Positions 1-9,242 of a DNA stretch of 64,000 nucleotides are shown here, in pieces. The stretch covers positions 124,001-188,000 of the IMG/VR virus record IMGVR_UViG_3300044712_001255; one strand, 5' to 3'. Below the pieces are notes generated by a model. It was not told the DNA's origin, ran no database searches, and saw nothing but the letters and a program-made list of their open reading frames with translations. The translations under genes were made by a program, and so were the position numbers. The stretch's first letter is position 1, and each line of letters starts with the position of its first letter.

Positions 1-1
1 C

Positions 2-400
2 GTGCCAACGTGGGATGACCTGAACCAATTTCCAGAGTGGCAGGGTATCGCTACTCTTGAACCATTCTTCTCAGGGGACTCGTACAGGGTATTGTTGGTC
101 GGCGAAGACGCATTCGGAATTCGTGTTGCAAATGGGCAAAGCTGGATCAAGAACTCCGTTGGAGCTGATGCATCATTTGATACGCCATGCAATGAAATTG
201 TTGCGCATGCTCGCAAAGTTGCCAATGAGTTTGCGCTCGATGTTGCAGGAGTGGATTACGTTGTAAACCCTCGACACCCAGAAGATTTTCACTTCCTTGA
301 GGTAAATCAGTTCCCTGGTATACCGCTCGACCTGCCAGGTATTGAGCGTGTTGAGCATTTCATAGATTCACGTATGCAGTGGGTAGAAAATGAAATTTGA
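2..400 (+). CDS. ATP-grasp (RimK-like) protein, C-terminal part, truncated by window edge
   Basis: LDVAGVDYV...FLEVNQFPG matches the ATP-grasp C-terminal G-x-D...LEVNxxPG motif. Confidence 0.65.
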   Translation: MPTWDDLNQFPEWQGIATLEPFFSGDSYRVLLVGEDAFGIRVANGQSWIKNSVGADASFDTPCNEIVAHARKVANEFALDVAGVDYVVNPRHPEDFHFLEVNQFPGIPLDLPGIERVEHFIDSRMQWVENEI

Positions 401-656
401 TATCGTCCCAGGCGATATGATCGAATGGGTATACAATTCAAATAAACGGCGTGTTGACGTAAATGAACAACTTTATTCGACTGTAATGAAACAATGGGTG
501 TCTATCGGACGTCCAGCTTTGTTGATCCACATCGATGAACACACGTATTCGTGGCTTTCCCCGACGGGGTTGTTCCACGCGCGTGTGGATGATACGCAGC
601 CGGTCGGTTGGGGTGGCACCCTCCTCCACCCTGTTGTTCCACACTTGTGCGGATGA
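390..656 (+). CDS. PGDMIEW-family small protein, copy 1; C-terminus encoded by a CRISPR-like repeat-spacer-repeat
   Basis: Paralogous to ORFs at 6589, 16864, 17170 and 49158 (PGDMIEWxY...W.PIG.P.LLIH.D...Y.WL...GLFHARV.DT); synonymous third-position differences between copies indicate coding selection. Confidence 0.8.
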   Translation: MKFDIVPGDMIEWVYNSNKRRVDVNEQLYSTVMKQWVSIGRPALLIHIDEHTYSWLSPTGLFHARVDDTQPVGWGGTLLHPVVPHLCG

Positions 657-660
657 TACA
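569..660 (+). CRISPR. Mini-array-like unit 1: repeat-36 nt spacer-repeat (type I-E-like repeat)
   Basis: R1 569-596 GTTGTTCCACGCGCGTGTGGATGATACG; R2 633-660 GTTGTTCCACACTTGTGCGGATGATACA (23/28 identical, read in different frames); TCCAC/GTGGA stem followed by an 8-nt ATGATACG tail. Confidence 0.65.
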
Positions 661-813
661 TACAACACCACAGTGATTAGTGAAGTTCACGCTCGTGTTA
701 TGACGTAAATAAGCTCACCAGTGGTGTAACAAATGCGCGCGCGAGGTAATTTATCTATGGGCAGCAATGCTGCGCCAAGTTTGACAAGTAATTCAAGTTG
801 AAAGGTAGAAAAG

Positions 814-1926
814 ATGACAATTCAGGCTATTGATTTGGCAATTTCGTTCGATACGACTGGTTCAATGTATCCGTGTCTCACCCAGGTACGTCGTAACGTT
901 GCAAACCTCGTCAAGAAGATGATCGCGACTGTACAAGGTATTCGAATCGCAATCATTGCTCACGGTGACTACTGCGACGAGGGACACTCATACGTTACGA
1001 AGATTCTTGACTTCACCTCTGATGAAAAGAAGATCAGCGATTTCATTCAGGGCGTTGAACCCACTGGTGGTGGTGACGCTCCAGAGTGCTATGAGCTTGT
1101 GCTGCATCAGGCTCGTTCGTTGTCGTGGAAGTCAGGCAAGTCCAAGGTGCTTGTCATGATTGGCGACGACGTTCCTCATGCTCCCAACTACCCACTGAAC
1201 AAGGGACGAATCGACTGGCGCAATGAGCTCGGGCTTCTTACCGAGGCAGGCATCAGCGTTCACGGAGTCCACGCTCTTCCGGGATGTCGTCGACACTCAA
1301 AGTCATTCTATGATGAGATTGCACGAAAGACCGGCGGGTTTTATCTCACCCTCGATCAGTTCTCAACCGTCGAGGACCTGTTGATGGCGGTTGCCACAAA
1401 GCAGGATGGAGATGAGACGCTCAACAGCTATGTTGAGACTGTGAAGGCAGCAGGTCGCGCGACTCGTAACTTCATCAATATCGTGGGAACTCTCACTGGC
1501 AAGGCGATTGCTTGGGCAGGTCCAAAGGTCACCACGTCTGACGGCAAGGAACTCGTGCCTGTTCCTACTGGACGTTTCCAGGTGATGAAGGTGGATGAGA
1601 CTACGGTGATTGCAAACTTTGTGCAGGCACAGGGCGCAAGCTTCAAGCCGGGTCGTGGCTTCTATGAGCTGACGAAGTCCGAGAAGGTGCAGGGATACAA
1701 GGAGATCATCCTGCAGGACAAGGTCTCTGGTGATCTCTTCAATGGTTCGCAGGTACGTGATCTGTTGGGACTTCCGCATCATGAAGACGGACGCCTGTCC
1801 AGCAAGTCTTTGCTCGACAAGTACCGCATTTTTGTGCAGAGCACTTCCTACAATCGTAAGCTTGTAGGTGATACATACTTCTTGTACGAAACACCGGATT
1901 GGGAGCGGCTAGACGACGCCGCGTAA
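814..1926 (+). CDS. von Willebrand factor A domain protein
   Basis: MIDAS motif FDTTGSM, then TGGGDAPE and IGDDVPH; A-rich RBS upstream. Confidence 0.85.
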   Translation: MTIQAIDLAISFDTTGSMYPCLTQVRRNVANLVKKMIATVQGIRIAIIAHGDYCDEGHSYVTKILDFTSDEKKISDFIQGVEPTGGGDAPECYELVLHQARSLSWKSGKSKVLVMIGDDVPHAPNYPLNKGRIDWRNELGLLTEAGISVHGVHALPGCRRHSKSFYDEIARKTGGFYLTLDQFSTVEDLLMAVATKQDGDETLNSYVETVKAAGRATRNFINIVGTLTGKAIAWAGPKVTTSDGKELVPVPTGRFQVMKVDETTVIANFVQAQGASFKPGRGFYELTKSEKVQGYKEIILQDKVSGDLFNGSQVRDLLGLPHHEDGRLSSKSLLDKYRIFVQSTSYNRKLVGDTYFLYETPDWERLDDAA

Positions 1927-1983
1927 TCCAAGACGCTTTCTTGGAATTGATCAGGCCTCCTCGCGGGGCCTGATCTGTTTGTA
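1927..1983 (+). terminator. Tandem hairpins, probable intrinsic terminator
   Basis: TCCAAGA-N5-TCTTGGA (1927-1945), then GATCAGGCC-N9-GGCCTGATC (1949-1975) followed by TGTTTGT, right after the vWA stop. Confidence 0.7.
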
Positions 1984-2013
1984 CTGCACGTTGTTTTGGA
2001 GTATGGTCATAGC

Positions 2014-2940
2014 ATGCATACTCCAAGAATTTTCGTCCTCGTGCATCCAGCATACGCTGATATGATCTGTTACCCACAAACATTGAATGTGTGGGAGTCA
2101 TTTGAGCGTTGTGGCGCAATTGTCAAGTACGGCGATGATATTCATAGCATCGACCCACGGCCGGGAGACCAATTGGTGGGATATGGTCGCATGGATGATT
2201 GGCGTGTAGTTGCTGATAAGTTTCCACGTAATTGTAAGTGGAGTTACGTTGTAGACGAGTCAAGTTCATCAGTTGGAATCTACGAAAAAGCTCTTGGGTA
2301 TTTGCGTCTACTTGACATTGGCAATATGATTGTCACATATCAAAATCCAGTTCACCTTGAAAAACTGCGTTTCAACGGAATCAATTACATCATAATGCCG
2401 CAAACAATGCCGGCAATTCGTCCAAAGACTGAAAAGAAGCACGGAATTTTGCTCAGCGGTCAAGTTAGCACAAGCATTTATCCAACAAGAACAAGAGCAT
2501 GGTCTGCATTGGAACGTGGGCTAAAACGTCATGTGTATGCCCTTGAAACGCCAGGACAAGACATTTCAACGCGGCGACACAACGTTATTCGAAATGCGTA
2601 CTATGATCTGCTTGATTCGTGCAAGATGGGTATAGTGTGTAAGGCTGGAGTCAAGGATCGATTTGTTGCAAAGTACATTGAAATGGGAGCATGTCACATG
2701 CTTCCTGTTGGTGACTGTCCTTCATACATGCCAGATGAAATGAAGCGAGCTATGGTTGACATTGAAGGAATGTCTGACGTCCAAATCGTAGAAGAGGTTC
2801 GTCGTTTGCTTGAAGATGCACCAGACGAGCTCGAGGCACGTACTGCCACGTTTACGCACCAAGTGGAAAAACATTATCTAGCAACGCCCAATATGACACG
2901 AGTCATGAATGAATTAAGGGCACATGCAATGAAGGTGTAG
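2014..2940 (+). CDS. Glycosyltransferase-like protein (GT-B C-terminal half, YkvP/Glyco_trans_1_2-like)
   Basis: Y.DLLDSCKMGIVC...KYIEMGACHMLPVG resembles the K..E..A.G nucleotide-sugar-binding segment; ATG 2014 lies 6 nt after TATGGT. Confidence 0.5.
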   Translation: MHTPRIFVLVHPAYADMICYPQTLNVWESFERCGAIVKYGDDIHSIDPRPGDQLVGYGRMDDWRVVADKFPRNCKWSYVVDESSSSVGIYEKALGYLRLLDIGNMIVTYQNPVHLEKLRFNGINYIIMPQTMPAIRPKTEKKHGILLSGQVSTSIYPTRTRAWSALERGLKRHVYALETPGQDISTRRHNVIRNAYYDLLDSCKMGIVCKAGVKDRFVAKYIEMGACHMLPVGDCPSYMPDEMKRAMVDIEGMSDVQIVEEVRRLLEDAPDELEARTATFTHQVEKHYLATPNMTRVMNELRAHAMKV

Positions 2941-2963
2941 AAGTAAACTTGATGTGTTAGAAT
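2935..2963 (+). promoter_or_regulatory. Extended -10 promoter for a leaderless dnaE transcript
   Basis: TGtTAGAAT (TAGAAT 2958-2963) 7 nt before ATG 2971, no SD; GTGTAG 17 nt upstream. Confidence 0.55.
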
Positions 2964-2970
2964 TGGGTCC

Positions 2971-5900
2971 ATGAGTAGTATCAATGATGGGAAAATTGCC
3001 CCGGAGTGTAGGAGGCCGACTCGTTATGTCAGCCTTCACAATCACTCCGGGGCGTCTTAGCTGCGTTCGATGGATTCGGACCAGTTGAGATTCACCTTGA
3101 GTTCTGTGTTAAGAATGGCCTCGATTGTCACGCCATAACAGAACACGGCCATATGAATAGCTACCCAGCTGCGCAGCTTCTCTCAGAAGATTGGGCAAAA
3201 AAGGGTAAAACGTTCAAATTCATCCCAGGCGTTGAGGCGTATGTTCATCCTAATCTTGATGAATGGCGTAAGCTAAAGGTCGAATCTGAAGAAGAGAAGG
3301 CGGCTAAGAAGGCGGCTAAGAAACGTGGCGAAGAAGAAGACGGCGTATCTGATGTTGACACAAATAATGCGTTAGTCGTTGAAAATGAAGACGCTACGAA
3401 ACAACGTTATCAGAATCCAGTAAACCGTCGTCACCATCTCGTATTGTTACCCAAGAACGCTCGAGGGCTCAAGAAAATCTTTGAGCTTGTCTCCTTTGGA
3501 TACATCGACGGGTTCTATCGTTTTCCCAGGATTGACCTGAGAGAGATTAAGCGAATTCAAGGTGATCAAGGCGATATCATTGCGTCGACTGCGTGCATTG
3601 GTGGTCCACTGGCGTATGAAGTCTTTGGCAAGGTGGGAGACGTAGAGTGGGACGCCATGAACGCCGATCTGTTGCGAGATGAGTTTCGTGCCAAGCAGAT
3701 CATAAATGCAATCGGTAACACATATGATCAGTACGTAGACGCCCTAGGACTGGGGAATGTGTACCTCGAGTTGCAGTTCAACAGGCTTCCGCAACAGGAC
3801 CTAGTAAACCACGCGATCATCAGGTACGCCAAGGAAAATGGCCTGACAAATCAGCTCATTGTCACCTGTGATGCCCACTATCCTGGACCAGAGATGTGGT
3901 TGTACCGCGAGATGTACAAGAAGCTAGGCCACATGAACTACGAGGAAATGGACCCCTCCAAGCTTCCTAAGTCCAAGGATGACATCAAGGCTGAACTGTA
4001 TCCTAAGAACGCGGAACAGTTGTGGTCAGAGTACCAGGCGACCAAGGGTCGATGTGATCTGTATGCCGACATGGATGATTTGGTGTGTGATGCCATCGAG
4101 CGATCGTATGACGTGGCTCATAATGTCATCGGCGATGTACCCGCAGACAAGACTCCCAAGTTCCCCAAAGCAGTTATCCCTGAAGGCAAGACAGCATTTC
4201 AAGAGCTTGTAGAGCGAGCGAAGCGTGGGCTTATTACAAAGGGCCACGATAAGAAGCCAGAATACGTGTCTCGTCTCAAGGAAGAACTGCTTGTGATGAA
4301 AGAACTTGGCATTGCTGAGTATTTCGTTACTCTTGCAAGAGTTCTTGAACTAGCTCGCACGAAGGTGCTTGTCGGAACATGTCGTGGCTCAGGTGGTGGT
4401 TCGCTTGTTGTGTATTGCCTTGGCATTACCGATGTTGATCCTGTGAAGTACGGGTTGTACTTCTCTCGATTCTTGTCAGTGTATCGTAAGGGTATGCCTG
4501 ACGTTGACATTGATATCGATGATCGCGATACTGTTCTTGATCTTTTGCGAGAGGAGTTTGGTAATACCAACGTCGTTCCCATCTCCAACTATAACTTGTT
4601 GAAGCTCAAGAGCCTCACCAAGGATGTGTGTAAGTTCTTTGGCGTTTCGTTTGAAGATGCAAACGCAGCAACACGTACCGTTGAAGATGATGTGCGTAAG
4701 GCAACATTGAAGGAGGGCGATGACAAGAATTTGTTTGAGCTCAAGTTCGATGATGCCATGAAGCATAGTCCAAGTTATCGAGCATTCATAGAGAAGCTGG
4801 CCGAAGAACACCCAGCAGCGGTAGACGCAATCAAGGCATTGTACAAGGAACAGCGTTCACTTGGGCGTCATGCTGGCGGTGTGCTTGTGGTGGATGACCT
4901 TCGCACAAAGATGCCATTGATCACTTCTGGCGGTGAACCACAGTCACCGTGGGTGGAAGGCATGGCGGTGAAGCACCTTGAGAAGGTTGGCAATTTTGTC
5001 AAGTATGATTTGCTTGGTCTTCTTACGCTTCGATTGATTCGTCGAACTGTTGAGCTTATCCTAGAGCGTAAGACTGGCCGCACGCCATCGTTTGATGAAA
5101 TCAAGGCGTATTACAATGCCCATCTACATCCCGACGTTTTGGATTTTGATGATCCCAAGGTCTATGAGTATGTTTTCCACTCTGGACGGTGGGCAGGTGT
5201 GTTCCAGTTCACCCAACGGCCAACGCAGCGATTCTGCGCTCAGTGTAAGCCAAGCAACGTGACTGACTTGGCGGCCATTACGTCAATCTGGCGTCCTGGC
5301 CCACTCGCAGGTAAGATGCATGAGCTTTACGTCGATGCAAAGTTCAATAAGCCGTATGACTGGGGTCATCCACTGTTGAATGAGACCCTTGCTGACACAT
5401 ATGGTCTGCTGATCTTTCAGGAACAGATCATGTTGCTGGCCAACAAGGTTGCAGGATATGACCTTGCAAAGTGCGATGAAGTCCGTCGAGCAATCTTGAA
5501 GCGTTCTCTTGCAACTGGCGAATCTGCTAAGAAGGAAGCTCGGGAGCTCGAAGACAGCTTTGTGAAGGGTTGCGTTGGAAATGGCGTTCCTGAATCGATT
5601 GCTCGAAAGCTATACGCAAACATCCTTGCGTGGGGTGGTTACGGCTTCAATAAGGCACACGCAACAGGGTACGCAATGATTTCATATCAGTGCGCGTACT
5701 TGATGACATATTTCGAGGAAGAGTGGCTATGTTCTTACCTCGAAAGTATGAGCAGGAGTGAGGACAACAAGGCGAAAGCTTTTAGTGAGATACGGTCATT
5801 GGGTTATCAGATTGTCCCAATTGATATCAATCATGCTTCTTTCGGTTGGACAATCCTTGACGGCAAGCGTTTCATGCCATCGTTCTTGACTTGTAAAGAC

Positions 5901-6584
5901 GTTGGATCTGCTGCCGTTGAAGAGATTGTGCGTGAGCGACCGTATGAAAAAATTCAAGATGTGCTGTGGGATGAGCAGGGAGACTGGAAGCACAGCAAGT
6001 TCAACAGCAAGGCTCTTGCTGCGCTCATAAGAATCGGTGCATTCCAAAGTCTAGATTGCATTGGCGATGATGATGAACACTTGTTTGATTCATACGCACA
6101 CATGTATGAGGTCATCATCAATCACCTGAATGATATCAAAAAGCATCCAGTCAAAGAACCCCTAAAGGGCATGAATGAATTCTACAAGCTGTCTCGTGAG
6201 CTCAAGGGTCAGATTGAGCCGTGGGACCGTCGGCAACTTGCAGAGCACAGCATCAAACACTTTGGCTCAATCGATGTAATGAACCTCATTGATCCAACTG
6301 TACTGCAAGTGTTTCAACAAAAGGGTATTTCGTCAATTGACGAGTACGATGATGCTGGCATCTATTGGTTCTGCATCACAAAGACTACGCCGAAAAAGAC
6401 GAAGAACGGTAAACACTATTTGCTTCTCGAGGCCCAAGGTCCAGGTGGTAAAACACACAAGATTTACATGTGGGGATGGGACGGCCACCGACAATTCGAA
6501 AGTTACGCAGTGTGCTTTGCCGAGTTGAAGCAAAGTGACTTTGGTTTCGGTACACAGATGAGCAAGCTCCGCGAGCTTGAGTGA
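2971..6584 (+). CDS. dnaE: DNA polymerase III alpha subunit (family C); PHP N-terminus interrupted by 5 extra nt at 3058-3062
   Basis: 2971-3057 gives YVSLHNHSGAS; 3063 onward gives AFDG...AITEHGHMN, then RGSGGGS, MPDVDID, RHAGG, RPGP, FNKAHA and a C-terminal OB fold. Confidence 0.95.
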
Positions 6585-6588
6585 AAAA

Positions 6589-6849
6589 ATGTTTCCCGGT
6601 GACATGATTGAATGGGCATACACGGCGAATGACAAAGTAGTTCGTAAAGATGAAGAACTCTGGTCATCAACGATGATACAATGGGTGCCCATTGGGCACC
6701 CTGCACTTCTCGTTCACGTCGATGAACACACGTATTCGTGGTTAACCCCGAAGGGGTTGTTCCACGCGCGTGTGGATGATACTCCTCGATGGCTCGTGCC
6801 TCGAGCGGCGCGCCCTCGGTTGTTCCACGAACTCATAAATCTAGAATGA
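6589..6849 (+). CDS. PGDMIEW-family small protein, copy 2
   Basis: Paralogue of 390-656; starts 4 nt after the dnaE stop. Confidence 0.8.
   Translation: MFPGDMIEWAYTANDKVVRKDEELWSSTMIQWVPIGHPALLVHVDEHTYSWLTPKGLFHARVDDTPRWLVPRAARPRLFHELINLE
6756..6829 (+). CRISPR. Mini-array-like unit 2: repeat-35 nt spacer-truncated repeat
   Basis: R1 6756-6783 GTTGTTCCACGCGCGTGTGGATGATACT (27/28 identical to unit 1 R1); R2 starts at 6819 with GTTGTTCCACG, then diverges. Confidence 0.55.
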
Positions 6850-6856
6850 TTAGCAC

Positions 6857-7099
6857 ATGACAGAAGAAGAATTTTTGCGACGTTGGGAGATCTACGAGAC
6901 ATATGACCCACGATGTCCAGCGTGTGATCAAGTTCATCCTCGTAAGAAATGCAATGGCGTGTGGGTAGAAGACACATCAAAAATTCGTACCAATGATGGC
7001 ACGAAAGATTGCAAAGTGTGTGAAGTCAAGGGAAAAGGTATTGCAATTCCACTTGAGCTATTCCTTCGAGGTATGAAACGGCGGCAAGACGATGATTGA
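6857..7099 (+). CDS. Small Cys-rich (zinc-binding) hypothetical protein
   Basis: CPAC...H...C and CKVC motifs. Confidence 0.5.
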   Translation: MTEEEFLRRWEIYETYDPRCPACDQVHPRKKCNGVWVEDTSKIRTNDGTKDCKVCEVKGKGIAIPLELFLRGMKRRQDDD

Positions 7100-7183
7100 A
7101 GCTTCTCTCATTTTCTATGTTGTTTGTACACTTGGCGGCATAACGTTACAATTGTGTAAGTTCATGTTCTTTTAGGAGTTACG

Positions 7184-7387
7184 ATGATTGCGTGGTTGAC
7201 TGAATTTGTGATTTGGTATCGACAAATTTTTTGTGATCATATTTGGAAATATGATGAAGCATTACTAAATGACCAGGTTCAGGAATTTTCATCTCATAGG
7301 GGATTTTACATGCGTCCAATTCGCGTAACGTATGTTAGACAGTCATGTAAAGTATGCGGATATCATAAGACATATCCAAAATACTGA
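7184..7387 (+). CDS. Small phage hypothetical protein (CxH...CxxC)
   Basis: FCDHIW...CKVCG; AGGAG RBS upstream. Confidence 0.55.
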   Translation: MIAWLTEFVIWYRQIFCDHIWKYDEALLNDQVQEFSSHRGFYMRPIRVTYVRQSCKVCGYHKTYPKY

Positions 7388-7405
7388 CGTAAATGAAAGG
7401 GTTGT

Positions 7406-7693
7406 ATGTCATATCAAATTGTTGGTAAGTGTTCGTTGTGTGGTGGCAGGGTGATTTTGCCCACGATATGGTGGGGCGTCGTGCCACCTCGTGCAACGTG
7501 TGAAAAGTGTGGTGCTGTGGAGGATCAAGATCACAATTTACCTGTCATTCCTATGAAGCGTTTGACTACGACGTACACGTCAAAAACAATTGTCATCAAA
7601 CCAATTGTTATTCCTTCTACGCCGTTCATTCCGACGTACGAAATGCCAGAAACTACGTGGACGATTGATGATTGGTGCGATACACAAAAGTGA
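7406..7693 (+). CDS. Zinc-ribbon hypothetical protein
   Basis: CSLCGG...CEKCG. Confidence 0.55.
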   Translation: MSYQIVGKCSLCGGRVILPTIWWGVVPPRATCEKCGAVEDQDHNLPVIPMKRLTTTYTSKTIVIKPIVIPSTPFIPTYEMPETTWTIDDWCDTQK

Positions 7694-7700
7694 GTGAAAC

Positions 7701-7910
7701 ATGACATACGATTATGTTTGTGATGCATGTCAACATGCATGGGAGCTCGAGCAGCGTATTTCTGACGCCCCGATAATTCAATGTCCGGCATGTGGCTCTT
7801 CAAGGGCCCATAGGGTCATCTCAGGTGGTGTAGGTTTTATTTTGAAGGGCGTTGGATGGGGAAAAGATCTATACGCAAGCAAAAAGTCTAGTGTGAAGAA
7901 GGAGGAATGA
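7701..7910 (+). CDS. FmdB-family zinc-ribbon protein
   Basis: YDYVCDAC...CPACGS...RVISGGVGFILKGVGW. Confidence 0.8.
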   Translation: MTYDYVCDACQHAWELEQRISDAPIIQCPACGSSRAHRVISGGVGFILKGVGWGKDLYASKKSSVKKEE

Positions 7911-8416
7911 TGACAGTTCAATTGGAACTTTTTTCATCGGCGAGGCCACCACGTCCACAAAGAACTGACGAAGCCGTGTTTCAGCTCATGATTGATCGCA
8001 TGATGCCTCGAGTGATGCATTGGATGGATCAACAACCTGATCTTCCAGGAAGCGAGTTCTATGAAGACGTAAAGCGTGATCTTGTGTCTTGTCTAGAGGA
8101 TCGCGGCCGCCAACTTGATGCATGGGAGGCTGTGATGTATCCCAACGACACGTGTCGTTGGGATATGGATCGTGACTCTCTTGACCTATTCGACGAAGTG
8201 AATGACGTATTGGGAGAATGCCACAATGATCTTATCATGGATTGGGTTGATCGATACAATGTAAAGTGTCGCTTCAATGTTAATGACGTCGTACGTGTAA
8301 ATGGGAGAATTGCTGATACGGTTGAACGCGTTAGCAAAGTCATAACCACACATGCGAGCTATCTGATCAAGGGTTCATTTGTGAATGATGAAGACGTTTA
8401 TGCAGTGGTAGTATGA
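7907..8416 (+). CDS. Hypothetical protein
   Basis: Overlapping start/stop coupling with both neighbours. Confidence 0.55.
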   Translation: MMTVQLELFSSARPPRPQRTDEAVFQLMIDRMMPRVMHWMDQQPDLPGSEFYEDVKRDLVSCLEDRGRQLDAWEAVMYPNDTCRWDMDRDSLDLFDEVNDVLGECHNDLIMDWVDRYNVKCRFNVNDVVRVNGRIADTVERVSKVITTHASYLIKGSFVNDEDVYAVVV

Positions 8417-8637
8417 ACATTGAAAATACCAAAAAGATTCGTGCCGCAGTCAAAGAAGCTGGCGAATACTTAAAAGATAAGTTACAACCAACGCCAGATC
8501 ATCCTGTTCGTAATCCTTGGGCTCATCTTTGGCGTGAAATCAAGACAAAGATGGGTAAGTCGTACATTGATTGCGACGACTCTGACGTGGATGCAATTAT
8601 GCAAACAATTGAGTATTATCGGACACATCCATGTTAA
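8413..8637 (+). CDS. Hypothetical protein
   Basis: Coupled ORF of 74 aa. Confidence 0.55.
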   Translation: MNIENTKKIRAAVKEAGEYLKDKLQPTPDHPVRNPWAHLWREIKTKMGKSYIDCDDSDVDAIMQTIEYYRTHPC

Positions 8638-9242
8638 CACTTCCTAAAGTCTGGCTGACGTCAGACACGCACTTTGGCCACGAAAACATCATCAAATATT
8701 GCAACCGACCGTTCAATGACGTGTGGCAAATGAATGTTGCGCTCACCACAATCTGGACGGGTAAGGTTACTGATGATGACATTGTCGTTCATCTTGGTGA
8801 TTTGACCTTGATGAAGGACCCAAAAAAGTACAAATCGACTTGGCAGCTTATCAGGTCTTTACCAGGTAAGAAGATACTAGTGAGAGGTAATCATGATCAC
8901 CCACGTATAGTTCCATACTTACGTGAAATTGGGTGGGTGATTGTCAATGAGATCATCTCGGAAAATGTCACAATGAGGCACATCCCGCCGACTGGAACCA
9001 GTGATGCTGACATCGTTTGTGCGCCTGATGTATTTCTACATGGGCACATCCACGGAAAGTCGCATCACAGAGATCATCCGAGTGGGAATTGCTATGATGT
9101 TGGTGTTGACGCGACGGCAGACTACGGTCCTGTGTTGCTCGATGGATTTCTAGAGGCAAAAGACCTTCCGCGAGTGAAACAAGCGTTGCTTGACATGTAC
9201 AATGCTAATGTCATCAACCCATCGGAGCACGAGAATGTTTAA
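8631..9242 (+). CDS. Calcineurin-like metallophosphoesterase
   Basis: SDTHFGH, LGD, GNHD, HGHIH motifs. Confidence 0.9.
   Translation: MLTLPKVWLTSDTHFGHENIIKYCNRPFNDVWQMNVALTTIWTGKVTDDDIVVHLGDLTLMKDPKKYKSTWQLIRSLPGKKILVRGNHDHPRIVPYLREIGWVIVNEIISENVTMRHIPPTGTSDADIVCAPDVFLHGHIHGKSHHRDHPSGNCYDVGVDATADYGPVLLDGFLEAKDLPRVKQALLDMYNANVINPSEHENV

Noticed and set aside
569-660. Units as integron attC sites
   Set aside because: GTTGTTC does not fit GTTRRRY, there is no inverse core site, the repeats are direct, and no integrase is present.
682-707. Third repeat of unit 1
   Set aside because: Only about 18/28 matches with two gaps and an off-period spacing of about 49 nt; not called as a feature.
2935-2940. 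GTGTAG as a phage-specific -35 element (also 35890)
   Set aside because: Only two occurrences at 17-nt spacing; other promoters lack it.
3058-3060. TAG reassignment or readthrough in dnaE
   Set aside because: Readthrough alone would not restore the frame, and TAG ends other genes normally (e.g. 2940, 16286).
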